Of a stretch of 64,000 nt of DNA, positions 9,771 to 20,017 are shown piece after piece. The DNA comes from Vulcanimicrobiota bacterium. Its GTDB lineage: Bacteria > Vulcanimicrobiota > Vulcanimicrobiia > Vulcanimicrobiales > Vulcanimicrobiaceae. The notes under the pieces are model-generated. The model saw only the letters and a program-made list of their open reading frames with translations, made no database searches and was not told the DNA's origin. Where the stretch lies: the NCBI GenBank assembly GCA_963812155.1, contig CAWETW010000003.1, positions 864,001-928,000 on the forward strand, in the 5' to 3' direction. The translations under genes were made by a program, and so were the position numbers. Every line of letters starts with the position of its first letter. Position 1 is the first letter of the stretch.

Positions 9771-10585
9771 CAAGCGGGGGCGCCGGTGCCGGGCGACGCG
9801 GCGCCGTGCGAGCGCGCCAAGACGAAGAGCAGCCCGAGCAACGTCGCGAGATACCACGCGCTGACCCGCAAACGCGCAGCCAACGTCATCGTGGCCGCTC
9901 GCGGATCGACGTGTCCGCGCCACGCTGCGAGCATTGACGGCAGCCCAAGCAAACCGACGATGACCACGAACAGTATCGGAATGTGAAAATAAGCGGCAAA
10001 GCCGACGAATGCGAGCAGGCCGGCGATCCAGAGCGGCGGCCAGACCGCGCCGATGATGCGTCCTCCGTCGAACGGCGGCATCGGCAGGAGGTTGAAAAGA
10101 TTCAAGAATGCCGACAGATCTGCGCACGCAAACCAGAATCGATCGGCGGTCGCCATGCCGATGGCCATACAGACTGCGGCGAGTCCCATGCCGGTGACCG
10201 GCCCGGCCAGTGCGATGTTGGCGTCGTGCTCCAAGTTCTCCGGCGGTGCGCCGGCAGTGAACGCGCCGAAGAGCGGAATGAATGCGGGAAGGCGCACCGG
10301 CAGACCGTACGCTCGAAAGGCGGCGTAATGTCCGAGTTCGTGCGCGAGCAGCACGAGCATCACGACGACCGCCAACCGCCAGCCGAAAAACGCCACGTAG
10401 ATCCACAGCGAGAGCAGAAACGTCCAGCCCGGCGCCAGCAGTTTGAGGCCGAACAGCAGTACGAGCTTGAATTTCAAGAGAAATGCCAGGACCGCCGCCC
10501 CCGCAGTGCCGATGACGCCGGAAGGTTTGCGATGCGCGGCTTTGGGTTCGGGTTCGCCCGGTTGCGGCGGAGGCAGGTATTGCAC
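9767..10585 (-). CDS. Site-2 protease (peptidase M50)
   Basis: HELGH, ALAGP and NLFNLLPMPPFDGG motifs. Confidence 0.92.
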   Translation of the reverse strand: MQYLPPPQPGEPEPKAAHRKPSGVIGTAGAAVLAFLLKFKLVLLFGLKLLAPGWTFLLSLWIYVAFFGWRLAVVVMLVLLAHELGHYAAFRAYGLPVRLPAFIPLFGAFTAGAPPENLEHDANIALAGPVTGMGLAAVCMAIGMATADRFWFACADLSAFLNLFNLLPMPPFDGGRIIGAVWPPLWIAGLLAFVGFAAYFHIPILFVVIVGLLGLPSMLAAWRGHVDPRAATMTLAARLRVSAWYLATLLGLLFVLARSHGAASPGTGAPAW

Positions 10586-10614
10586 GGCGTCCTCTTCAAG
10601 GCCGCCGGTCGGCC

Positions 10615-11914
10615 GTGCCTGTAATTGTAATCGTAGGCGGCGGATTCGCGGGAACCGCCGTTGCCCGGAGACTCGAGCGGCGCTTATCGCCGGACGAAGC
10701 CGACGTCGTGCTGCTTTCGCGCGACAACTACACGCTCTTCACGCCGATGCTGCCCGAAGTGACGTCCGGCGAACTGGAAGTTCGCCACATCGTCACGCCG
10801 ATACGCGCGCAACTGCGGCGCACGAACTTCATCCTCTCCGAAGTCGGCACGATTGACGTCGAACGCCGAACGGTCGAGTACCGGCACGTGCTCACCGGGT
10901 TGACGCGCACGATCGCCTACGACCAGCTCGTATTGGCGCTCGGATCGCAGACGTCCACGTTCGGTTTGCCGGGGGTCGCAGAACACTCGTGGACGCTCAA
11001 GACGCTCGCCGATGCCGACGCACTGCGCAACCATCTCGTCTGGCTGCTCGAACTGGCCGACACGATTTCCGACGCAGCGCGCAGACGGCGGTTGCTGACC
11101 GTCGCCGTCGTCGGCGGAGGATTCACCGGCGTCGAAACCGCCGGCGAGATTTACGAACTCTTCCGCAGCGCGGTGGGTTTCTACCGGCGACTGCGGCTCG
11201 ACGAACTGCACATGGTGCTTGTCGAAGGCGGCCCAACGCTGCTCGCCGGCTTGCCGCCGAAGATGGGCGAGTATTCGCGACGCATCCTGGAGCGACGCGG
11301 CATCGAAGTCCTTACCGGCGACGGCGTTACCGAGGTTGACGCAGAGGGTCTTACGCTGCAAAGTGGACGTCGGATCGAGAGCGAGACGGTAATTTGGAGC
11401 GCCGGCGTATCGCCGTCGCCCGCAATCGCCGCGTTGCCGTTACCGAAGACCAAGCGCGGCGCCGTGATTACCGGGCCCGACATGCGCGTCGGCGAGGCGA
11501 ACGGGCGTGTGGGCGCTCGGGGACTGCGCCGCAATTCCCGACGGCGAAGGCGGCGACTATCCGATGACGGCGCAGCACGCAATCCGCGAAGGTCCGCATC
11601 TCGCCGACAATATCGTGAACGTGCTGCACGGCCGTCCGACGCGGCCCTTCCGCTATCGCACGCTCGGCATGATGGCCGCGCTCGGCGGGCGCCGCGCGGT
11701 CGCGGAACTGCCCGGAAGCCGCGTGCTAACGGGCTTTCTCGCGTGGTTTCTCTGGCGGACGTACTATTTGGCGCGTCTTCCGGGGATCGACCGCCGCCTG
11801 CGCGTCGCGTTCGACTGGACGCTCGAACTGCTCTTTCCGCGCGACATCGCGGAGTTGCGCGTCGGCGATACGGTGCCGTCTGAAAAGCGAAGTGAGCCGC
11901 CGAAGGTTCGGTGA
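10615..11914 (+). CDS. NAD(P)/FAD-dependent oxidoreductase, type II NADH dehydrogenase-like (indel near 11500)
   Basis: IVIVGGGFAG, VVGGGFTGVETAGE; continues in another frame as VWALGDCAAIP...TAQHAIREG...WFLWRTYYL. Confidence 0.88.
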
Positions 11915-11954
11915 GCGTGCAGTAGCGGCCTCGGCGCCGTAGAAGTCCCGCATC

Positions 11955-13362
11955 ATGGAAATGCGCGAACCGATCGAACGCTTGATCCGCGACCCGAAGG
12001 AATTTACGCGTGGCGTCGCCTTCCCGGATCCGTCGCAGATTCGTATTTACGACGAAACGCTGCGCGACGGCGAGCAGATGCCCGGCGTGTGCTATACGCC
12101 GCCGCAGAAACTCGAGATCGCGCGCGCGCTCGCCGACATCGGCGTGCACGTGATGAGCGTCGGATTTCCGGCCGCATCCGAAGGCGACCGGCGCACGCTG
12201 CAACTCGTGATGGGAGCGAAACGGCGCGGCGAGCTCGGCGACGTGGAGATCGTGGTGATGTGCCGCAGCAACCGCAACGACATCGACGTCACCGTCAAGA
12301 CGTTACGCGACGCCGGCATCGAGCCGTCGGAAGTGACGTTTTTCATCTTTACCTCCGGCAGCGATCTGCACCTGAAATATAAGATCGGCAAGACGCTGCT
12401 GCGCTTCGAGGGGCGCGACGAACGAGAGTGGCTGGACCTTCCGCTCGAGTTCTATCGGGACGCCAACATCCGGCTGCAGTGCGATGCCATCGCCCACGCC
12501 CGCGCGTGCGGCGTGGAGCGCATCGAATTCGGTGGGGAGGACGGCAGCCGCGGCGACGTCGACTACTTCATTCGATACTTCAAGGCCGGTTTGGAAGCGG
12601 GCGCGGAGCGTCCGGCGTGGCCGGATACCGTGGGGACGTTGACGCCGGAAGCGACGCGCTGGTATTGTTCGCGCATCGTTGCGGGACTGCCGGACGGGTT
12701 GCCGATCGTGGCGCACCTGCACAACGACTACGGGCTCGGTACGATCAACGCGATTACGGCAACGTCGTGCGGATTCCAAGTGATTTCAGTGACGGCCAAC
12801 GGCTATGGGGAGCGCGCCGGCAACGTCAAGCTCCACGAATACGTGGTCGCGATGCGCGTTCTTTACGGCATCGAGATTCCAGGTTTCAAGTATCGACAAA
12901 TTGCGCGAGTTGGCGCGCTTCATGGAGCGAATGAGCGGGATTCCGATGCAGCAGCACGAGCCGATCGTCGGATCGAAGGTCTTCGCGCACGAGTCGGGGA
13001 TTCACACGCACGCGCTGCTCATCGATCACCGCATGTACGAAGCCGTGCCGGCGGACGTCGTCGGCGCGGAGACGAGCTTCATCTTCGGGAAACATTCGGG
13101 CGTCGCCCTCGTCGAGGAAACGCTGCGCAAGCGGCGTTCGCGGCTGGAGCGGGGCGGGGTCGTACCGACGAGCGAGTTGGCCCACCGCGTGACCGACGAG
13201 ATCAAGCGACTGCGCGAGGAGCGGGCCGCGTCGAGCAAGAGCGCCGAAGCGATCGAACTCTACGAGCAGGCGATGCGCGGCCTCTCGCTCGACGAAGAGG
13301 ACGTCGTGGCGATCGCGCTCGCGCTCGGCGCGGCGCAACCGGCCGTCGCTATTTCGCCGTAA
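11955..13362 (+). CDS. DRE-TIM metallolyase, isopropylmalate/homocitrate/citramalate synthase family (indel near 12890)
   Basis: IYDETLRDGEQ, HLHNDYG, GYGERAGN; second frame PIVGSKVFAHESGIH...GKHSG. Confidence 0.85.
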
Positions 13363-14095
13363 CCGGAAAGTCGAAGCGGGTATTCGGGAAGGGCTCCGCG
13401 GCGAGGACGAAGTTCCACCAGAGATCGCCCGAGGGCTTGAACCCGTATTTTTCCATGAGCACGGCCAGCATCGACCGGTGCGAGTCGGCAACCGAGCCGG
13501 CCGATTGCGACACGCGCGAGAGCGGATCCATGCAGTCGAAGTTCGTTCCCATGTCGATCGAACCGTCGTGATAGCGCTGAACGAACGGCGCGATACACGA
13601 GTGCACCCCGGGCCGCCATGGAATCGGTGACGGCATGCCGACGCGCTCCAGCGTGACCGCAACGCCGCTGCCGCGGGCCTGCGGCGACGACGCGGAAAGG
13701 TAGCCCTGCGCAAAGAGCTGCGATTTTGCGACGCGAGGATAGTACTCGGCTTTCATGCGCTCGTCCGGCGCATTCTTGCTCCAGACGAGCACCGCGTTCG
13801 CGGCGCGTTGCGGCTGATAGCAGTCGTAGACGCGCAGCGAGAGACCGGCTTGCGTGAGTTCCTCTTGCGCCTTCGCGAGTGCGAGCGCGGCTCGCTGCGT
13901 GAGAATGCACACCGGCGCGAGATATCCCGGCAGGGCACGTCCGACGAGATTGTGGGGACCGGCATAGCGGATGTCTTGCGCGATCGAGGGCGCGACGTCG
14001 GAAAGATAGACGAATCCTCGCGGGAGTGCCGCATGGGGAACCGGCGACGCAGCACACAGTGCGATCGCCGCCAGCGCCGAAAACCAGCGCGTCAC
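13349..14095 (-). CDS. Exported M15D (VanX/DdpX D-Ala-D-Ala dipeptidase) homologue with degenerate active site
   Basis: GTG 14095 overlaps the upstream stop; signal peptide; DIRYAGPHNLVG, VYDCYQPQRA, IDMGTNFD, RFDFPV match M15D but catalytic motifs are altered. Confidence 0.85.
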   Translation of the reverse strand: MTRWFSALAAIALCAASPVPHAALPRGFVYLSDVAPSIAQDIRYAGPHNLVGRALPGYLAPVCILTQRAALALAKAQEELTQAGLSLRVYDCYQPQRAANAVLVWSKNAPDERMKAEYYPRVAKSQLFAQGYLSASSPQARGSGVAVTLERVGMPSPIPWRPGVHSCIAPFVQRYHDGSIDMGTNFDCMDPLSRVSQSAGSVADSHRSMLAVLMEKYGFKPSGDLWWNFVLAAEPFPNTRFDFPVTAK

Positions 14096-14916
14096 GCTTG
14101 CCCGCCGAGGCGCCAGGTCGCAACGAACGCCTTGAAGATCGTCGGAAAGTCGTCGTGCGTGAAGCGCACGCTGCGGCCGCCGGTGCGTGCGAATCCGGGA
14201 ATCGTCGCGACCAGATCGGCCTGTTCGGTCTTTACGAGATCGACCGCGAGTTCGATCGGCGATTCGAAGCGGTACGGTTCGGCTGCCGGCGCGGAGGCGA
14301 CGGCGGCGCGCGCGCCCTCTCGAATCGCGGCGCAGGCCGCGGCGGGCGTCATCGAGGCGGCGGCAAAATTCCCGATCGATTCCTTCACGACGACGCCATT
14401 CACCCACGGCAGCAGCGCACGAACGCCGTCGACGGTCGTGCGGTCGCCGGTGATCAACAGCAGCGGGATGCCGAAATGCCCGAGCAGGCCGGCGTTGAAG
14501 ATCGCTTCGCTGCAGCGGACGCCGTTCACGCGCACGTCGTAGACGACCGACGGCGTATAGGTATGGCACAGCACCGCGTCGGCATCGCCGGCTCCGCCGT
14601 GGTAACCGACGAAGAACGCGCCGCCGAACGTCGCGTCGGCATCCTGCACCATCGAAAACGGCTTGCGGTTTCCGAAGAGCACGCGAACGTCGGCCGGCAA
14701 CTCGTCGAAGAGCAGATTGCGCATCGGTCCGTGGGAATCGTTGACCAGCACCTCGCCCGCGCCGGCGAGCCGAGCGCCTTCGATGGCGGCGGCAACTTCG
14801 CGCGTGTAGTAGGCGCGGTACGTCGAGTACTCGGGATGCGGCGTTCGGGCGTCGACCTGCTGCCACGACGTGACCCCGGCGACGCCTTCCATGTCGCAGG
14901 AGACGTAGAGTTTCAC
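14092..14916 (-). CDS. D-aminopeptidase, peptidase M55 (DppA-like), copy 2
   Basis: KLYVSCDMEG, VNDSHG, VGYHG, LCHTY, TGD motifs; GTGA overlap with copy 1. Confidence 0.92.
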   Translation of the reverse strand: MKLYVSCDMEGVAGVTSWQQVDARTPHPEYSTYRAYYTREVAAAIEGARLAGAGEVLVNDSHGPMRNLLFDELPADVRVLFGNRKPFSMVQDADATFGGAFFVGYHGGAGDADAVLCHTYTPSVVYDVRVNGVRCSEAIFNAGLLGHFGIPLLLITGDRTTVDGVRALLPWVNGVVVKESIGNFAAASMTPAAACAAIREGARAAVASAPAAEPYRFESPIELAVDLVKTEQADLVATIPGFARTGGRSVRFTHDDFPTIFKAFVATWRLGGQA

Positions 14917-15746
14917 GAGGCGTTGGCCGCGCTGCCGAGGCGCGTTGCCACGACGAACGCGTTCATCAGTGCCGGATAATTCGCAGCCGCAAATCGCACG
15001 GCGCGGGCGCCGGCCCTCGCGAAGCCGGGCATCAATTCGATGAAATCTGCATTCTCCACGTTGACCGTTTCGATGAGGAGTTCGAAAGGCGGCTCGAAGA
15101 CGAACGGCTTCGCATCGGCAACGCGGCCCATGGCGTGGCGCGCGCCCTCGCGAATCGCGTCGCGCGCGGCACGGGGCGTCAGCGAGTTGACCGCGGAATA
15201 TCCGACCGCATCCTTGACCGCGACGCCGACGCACCAGGGCATGACGGCGGTCACGGCGTCGACCGTTTGCCGATCGCCGGTAACGAGCAGCAGCGGCACA
15301 CCGTACGCGCCCGCCAGGGCGGCCGTCAACAATGCCTCGCTGCACGGCGTGCCGTTGACGCGCACGTCATAGATCGTCTCGGGACTGTACGTATGCGAGA
15401 GCGTCGCGGCCTCGCCGGCCCGGCCGTGGTATCCGGTGAAGAACGCGCCTGCGAAACTGCCGTCGAGGCCTTGTCCCATCGACCACGGCTTGCGCGTGCC
15501 GGTGATCACGCGCAGGTCCTCGTCGCTCGGCAGCTCCTCCCAGACGAGATTGCGCATGTCCCAGTGCGAGTCGTTGACGAGAACGGCGGTCGCGCCGGCG
15601 GAGCGCGCCCCGTCGATTGCGGCGCTCACTTCCTGCGTCATATAGCGGCGGTAAACGGGATACTCGGACGTATCGGAAGGATCGCATTGCCGCCACGCGC
15701 ATACGCCGGCCGTGCCTTCCATATCGCACGAGATGTAGAGTTTCAT
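14913..15746 (-). CDS. D-aminopeptidase, peptidase M55 (DppA-like), copy 1
   Basis: MKLYISCDMEG, VNDSHW, TGYHG, LSHTY motifs. Confidence 0.92.
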   Translation of the reverse strand: MKLYISCDMEGTAGVCAWRQCDPSDTSEYPVYRRYMTQEVSAAIDGARSAGATAVLVNDSHWDMRNLVWEELPSDEDLRVITGTRKPWSMGQGLDGSFAGAFFTGYHGRAGEAATLSHTYSPETIYDVRVNGTPCSEALLTAALAGAYGVPLLLVTGDRQTVDAVTAVMPWCVGVAVKDAVGYSAVNSLTPRAARDAIREGARHAMGRVADAKPFVFEPPFELLIETVNVENADFIELMPGFARAGARAVRFAAANYPALMNAFVVATRLGSAANAS

Positions 15747-16177
15747 CGTTGGGACTGCTGGAGCGAGTCGCGCGCTTCGGAGAGCCCCGCAGCGGCTGCG
15801 ACGTTGTGCGCGTTCACGCGCAGCGCGCGGAGATACAGCGGAATCGCATCGGCGAAGCGGCCGGCTGCGAGATACATGTCGCCGAGTTGCGTGATCGCGA
15901 CGTCGTCCTTCGGATGGGTTGCGATGCGGTTGCGGAGCGCGCGCAACTGTTCGGCGACCGCGGGCGGCGGCCCGCCTTCGACGCTCTGTTGGGAACCTTG
16001 CGACCTCTGTCCCGCGGCAGCGGCATTCGGGTTCGCGGCCTTACCGAAAACCGTTCCCGTAACGCCGAAGCCCTCGATCAGCAAATAGGCCATCGTCGCC
16101 AAGAAGACGAGCGCGATTGCGGCAAAGACCGGAACGGCGATGTGCGGCGGCAAGCCGCGCGAAGGCGTCGAGCGCAC
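15743..16177 (-). CDS. Membrane-anchored tetratricopeptide repeat protein
   Basis: N-terminal TM, then HPKDDVAITQLGDMYLAAGRFADAIPLYLRAL TPR; ATGA overlap with M55 gene. Confidence 0.75.
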   Translation of the reverse strand: MRSTPSRGLPPHIAVPVFAAIALVFLATMAYLLIEGFGVTGTVFGKAANPNAAAAGQRSQGSQQSVEGGPPPAVAEQLRALRNRIATHPKDDVAITQLGDMYLAAGRFADAIPLYLRALRVNAHNVAAAAGLSEARDSLQQSQR

Positions 16178-16203
16178 GAAAGAGCGGGTTGGACGTGCGG
16201 CGA

Positions 16204-16782
16204 ATGCGCCCCTTGCGACCGATGACGATGACCAATATTCCCTCCGAATCCGACGTGCAGCTCCTCTTCGCTCGATTGAACTACGAGCATTTCAACGGCG
16301 AGGTTCCGGATTGCCGCATCCGCTACAACGAACGGTTTTCGAATTCGGCCGGGCGCATCAGCTACGGCGATCGTCCGATGACGATCGAGCTCTCGCCGAA
16401 ACATTTCCGGAAATACCCCGAAGCGCTCGTCGAGACGCTCCTTCACGAGATGATTCACGCGTGGTGCTTTGCGCGCTTTGGGGACATGGGGCACGGACCG
16501 CGCTTCAAGAAGAAGCTGCGCGAGTGCGGTATGTCGTCGATCTACCACGAGCTGGGCAACGTGCGGCCGCTGCGCGAGTCGAATCGCCGCTACCTGCTGC
16601 GCTGCGACCATTGCGCGTTCGAGGTGCTGCGTAAACGCAAGCCGGCCAAGCCGGCCAGCTGTCCACACTGCAATAAGCGCCGCTTCGATCCGCGCTATCC
16701 GCTCGCGATCTACGAAATCGTCGAGATGCGCCACCTCGGCGATACGGTGTTGGGTATGAAGGCGGCCGAACGCGGCCGATAG
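16204..16782 (+). CDS. SprT-like zinc metalloprotease
   Basis: LLHEMIHA, GHGPRF, C-terminal CDHC...CPHC zinc ribbon; start could be 16204, 16222 or 16228. Confidence 0.85.
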   Translation: MRPLRPMTMTNIPSESDVQLLFARLNYEHFNGEVPDCRIRYNERFSNSAGRISYGDRPMTIELSPKHFRKYPEALVETLLHEMIHAWCFARFGDMGHGPRFKKKLRECGMSSIYHELGNVRPLRESNRRYLLRCDHCAFEVLRKRKPAKPASCPHCNKRRFDPRYPLAIYEIVEMRHLGDTVLGMKAAERGR

Positions 16783-16908
16783 ACTGCGGGCGCGGGCAAA
16801 CCGGACGCTTGCTGTACGACCGAGCAAAGGAGAAGCTTCGGGAGCAGGAAGCGCGGTCGACGGGCCCTTCTAGGGCCTCGGCGAATCCTTGGTTTCGGAG
16901 GTATCCCT

Positions 16909-17970
16909 ATGAAACGTCTGAGCAGCGTCGTAGGAGCGTGCCTTACCGCGGCGTTCTTGGTCGCGTGCGGTGGCAGTAGTAACCGCCTTTCCCCATCAAC
17001 GCCAACCTCGTTGGTGTCTGCGATCGCAGGATCACGATCCGAAGTCGTAAGGCAGGCGCCGCTCCCAGCAGCCGCGGGCGCCAATCTGTATGTCGTAAAT
17101 GGTGGAGACTCCACCGTGACGATCTATGCCTCGGGCAGCTCGTCACCGCTTCGCACGATCGCCTACCGCATGAACTCACCATACCGTTTGGCGTTCGACA
17201 GTTCCGGCAATCTTTACGTTGGGAACATTTTCGGCTCCAAGATGGCCGGCAGCGTAAGAGTGTATGCGCGAGGAAAAGCGATATTGCTCAGAACGATCAG
17301 ACAGGGCGTGAGCGACCCGTGGCCACTGGTGTTTGACGGCTCCGGCAACCTCTATGTCGGCAATCAAAACGCCAACACGGTAACAGTCTATGCTCCGGAC
17401 GGTACATCCGTGCTGCGAACGATTTCAAATACGTTCGGCCCGGTGGCGCTAGCCTTTGACGGGTCCGGTAATCTGTACGTCGCAAATTATAGGGTTCAGA
17501 AGGTAACCGTTTACGCCCCCGGCAGCACGTCGGTGCTGCGAACGATTTCCAAGGGTATCAGCGATCCGTGGACTTTGGCGTTTGACGGTTCCGGCAATCT
17601 GTACGTTACGGGCCAGTACAACAACACCGTGACAGTCTATGCACCCGGCAGCACCTCCGTGCTTCGGACGATTTCACAAGGTATAAACAGCCCGCAGGCT
17701 TTGGCGTTTGACGGGAAAGGCAATCTTTACGTCGGAAATTTTGGCGCTAACGACGTCACCGTCTACGCCCCGGGCAGCAGCAAGGTCCTTCGGAAAATCT
17801 CACAAGGCGTGAACTATCCGTACGCGCTTGCGCTCGACTCCTCCGGCAATCTTTACGTTGCAAACATCGACGGCAACACCGTAACGGTCTACTCCCCCGG
17901 CGGTAAGAGCCTGTTGCGCACGATCTCCCAGGGAGTTTCTGCTCCGTCCGCACTAGCGTTTGGGCCCTGA
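16909..17970 (+). CDS. NHL-repeat beta-propeller lipoprotein
   Basis: GGAGG RBS; lipobox LVAC; about 7 repeats of ~42 aa (LAFDGSGNLYVxNxxxNTVTVYAPGxxxxLRTISQG). Confidence 0.85.
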   Translation: MKRLSSVVGACLTAAFLVACGGSSNRLSPSTPTSLVSAIAGSRSEVVRQAPLPAAAGANLYVVNGGDSTVTIYASGSSSPLRTIAYRMNSPYRLAFDSSGNLYVGNIFGSKMAGSVRVYARGKAILLRTIRQGVSDPWPLVFDGSGNLYVGNQNANTVTVYAPDGTSVLRTISNTFGPVALAFDGSGNLYVANYRVQKVTVYAPGSTSVLRTISKGISDPWTLAFDGSGNLYVTGQYNNTVTVYAPGSTSVLRTISQGINSPQALAFDGKGNLYVGNFGANDVTVYAPGSSKVLRKISQGVNYPYALALDSSGNLYVANIDGNTVTVYSPGGKSLLRTISQGVSAPSALAFGP

Positions 17971-17996
17971 GTCTGAATATACAACGGCGGCACGGC

Positions 17997-19472
17997 CTAC
18001 TCGTTGTCGGGGGGGATCGCGGAAGGCGTTTGGTTGAGGAACGTATCGGGGCCGTAGGGCGCCGTGATGTCGGCGCCGCGGCGCGGATCGAGCGAGAAGT
18101 CGAAGGCGTTCGAAAGGCTGGTGGCGCGCCCGTCGGTGTAACCGTCTTGCAGCGTCCCGAGCACCGGCAAATCGAACGTTTCCTCGATGAACTTCAGGAT
18201 GCTGCCGAACTCGTACTGGGTGTGGACGACGTGCGACTTGAGGCCGTAGGTGAACGGAGAGATGATAAGGCAAGGCACGCGAATACCCAACCCGCGAAAG
18301 TCGCCTTGCACGAACGTTCCGCCGAATCTCGGCGACTGCGGCGGCACGGCTAAGTCGGACCATCCGCCATAGTCGTCCCATACGACGACGATTGCGGTGC
18401 TCTGCCAGAGCGCCGAGTTGTGATGGATCGCGTTCACGACGCTTGCCACCCACGAGGGGCCTTTATTGCTGTTGTCCGGGCGCGTTTCGGCGTGATCCGA
18501 ATTACGGACGTCCGGGACCACCCACGCCACGTTCGGAAACGTGCAGGTGTGCGAAGCGCAGCGCGCGTCTTTGAGAATGGTCGACGGCGGGGAGACGACT
18601 TTCGACCAGTCCGCACCGTGGCGGACGTTCTCGATGGCATCGAAGGCCGACCACAGTGGTCCGCCCGGATCGCACTTCCCGACCGGCGTCACGCACGGAG
18701 CGTAATATTTCCAGGAAACGCCGGCCGCATCGAGCGTGTCCGCCATCGTCTTGAACTCCGTCAAGCACGGAAACGGACCGGCGGATTCGTACAGCCGGTT
18801 CACGCCGTTGTAGTGGATGTACGGACTGACGGTGCTCGGCGGCGCGTCGCAGCCCCACGGTTCGTTCGAGGGCAGATCGACGAGCGCGTTGTTGCCGGGC
18901 ACGAGGTCGTCGTTGCCGGCAATGAGCGTAAGATGCCCGGTGAAGCTGGCTCCGAACTCGGTCGGAAACATCTCGTCGGCGACGACGTACTGCTGCGCCA
19001 TCTCCCAGTAGGGGCCCGCCTCATCCGGAGTGTCGGGAACGTACGCGTACGGAAGCGTCGGCGGGTCGTAGTAAAACGCGTCGTAGCAAAAGCCGTCCAT
19101 CGTTCCGCCGTCGAACGATTTGAGCGAGGATCCCCAACTGTGGTTGATGTCGTGCGGGTACTCCAACTTGATGGGTTGGAGCACGATGTGCGGTTTTTCG
19201 AGAATGCTCGGACAGTTCGCAATTCCGCTGGTATGCCGCCTGAGACCCATGAGGTGCCCGTTCGGATCGCCGAAGATGTTGTCGAGGCTGCGATTCTCCT
19301 GGACGATCACGACGACGTGTTTGATGCACTTGACGGTGCCATTGCAGGTTGCGGGCCGAACGGCTCGCGCGGAAGCAAACGGCGTTTGCGCGTCACCGCC
19401 GGGCGCTGCGCACCCGGCGAGCGCGACCGCCGCCACGGCGGCGAAGGCCAGCGCGGGTGTGCGGCCGTTCAC
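17997..19472 (-). CDS. Phosphoesterase (phospholipase C/acid phosphatase family) lipoprotein
   Basis: GTG 19472 overlaps the GNAT stop; lipobox LAGC; IKHVVVIVQENRSLDN, WDDYGGW.D, GIRVPCLIISP. Confidence 0.88.
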   Translation of the reverse strand: MNGRTPALAFAAVAAVALAGCAAPGGDAQTPFASARAVRPATCNGTVKCIKHVVVIVQENRSLDNIFGDPNGHLMGLRRHTSGIANCPSILEKPHIVLQPIKLEYPHDINHSWGSSLKSFDGGTMDGFCYDAFYYDPPTLPYAYVPDTPDEAGPYWEMAQQYVVADEMFPTEFGASFTGHLTLIAGNDDLVPGNNALVDLPSNEPWGCDAPPSTVSPYIHYNGVNRLYESAGPFPCLTEFKTMADTLDAAGVSWKYYAPCVTPVGKCDPGGPLWSAFDAIENVRHGADWSKVVSPPSTILKDARCASHTCTFPNVAWVVPDVRNSDHAETRPDNSNKGPSWVASVVNAIHHNSALWQSTAIVVVWDDYGGWSDLAVPPQSPRFGGTFVQGDFRGLGIRVPCLIISPFTYGLKSHVVHTQYEFGSILKFIEETFDLPVLGTLQDGYTDGRATSLSNAFDFSLDPRRGADITAPYGPDTFLNQTPSAIPPDNE

Positions 19473-19915
19473 GACATGGGCCGCCGGTAGAGTTCGAAGA
19501 CGGCGTCGCGTTCGAATCCCAGCTGCGAATAGAAGCGCGTCAGATGCGGTTCGGAGAACGGCAGTTCGACCAGAATGGCGCGCGCCTTCGTGCTGTCGGC
19601 GTACGCAATTGCGGCTTCGACCAAGCGCCTGCCGATGCCGCGCGCACGTAGCGCCGTTCCGACGTAGAGATCGCTCAAGAACCATTGCCGCCTTGCGTAC
19701 CACGACGAAAAAAGCGGATAGAGCTGGAGGAATCCGGCAGCGACGCCGTCGTCGAAGGCTGCGAAGACGACCGATTCGTCGCGCTCGAGTCGCTTGGCGA
19801 GAAAACCGCGTGAGACGGCGAGGTCGGGCTTTTTCGTGAAGAATTCGCGGTACGCATCGAAAAGCGGCGCAATGGCGTCCACGTCGGCGGCGCCCGCGCG
19901 GCGAATCGAGAGCAT
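19469..19915 (-). CDS. GNAT family N-acetyltransferase
   Basis: [16 protein letters not shown]...RARGIGRRL acetyl-CoA motif. Confidence 0.88.
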   Translation of the reverse strand: MLSIRRAGAADVDAIAPLFDAYREFFTKKPDLAVSRGFLAKRLERDESVVFAAFDDGVAAGFLQLYPLFSSWYARRQWFLSDLYVGTALRARGIGRRLVEAAIAYADSTKARAILVELPFSEPHLTRFYSQLGFERDAVFELYRRPMS

Positions 19916-20017
19916 AAGGCTGGATGCGCCCGCCGCCGCCGGAAAACCTCGCGAACCGGAGCCGGATTCCGACCAAGGTCGAGGCAGAGTATTGCGGTCG
20001 CGAGCGAAGATGGACGC

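Noticed and set aside
17080..17960. CRISPR-like periodic DNA repeats
   Set aside because: The periodicity is ~126 nt, in frame, with synonymous variation; these are coding NHL repeats, and no cas genes are present.
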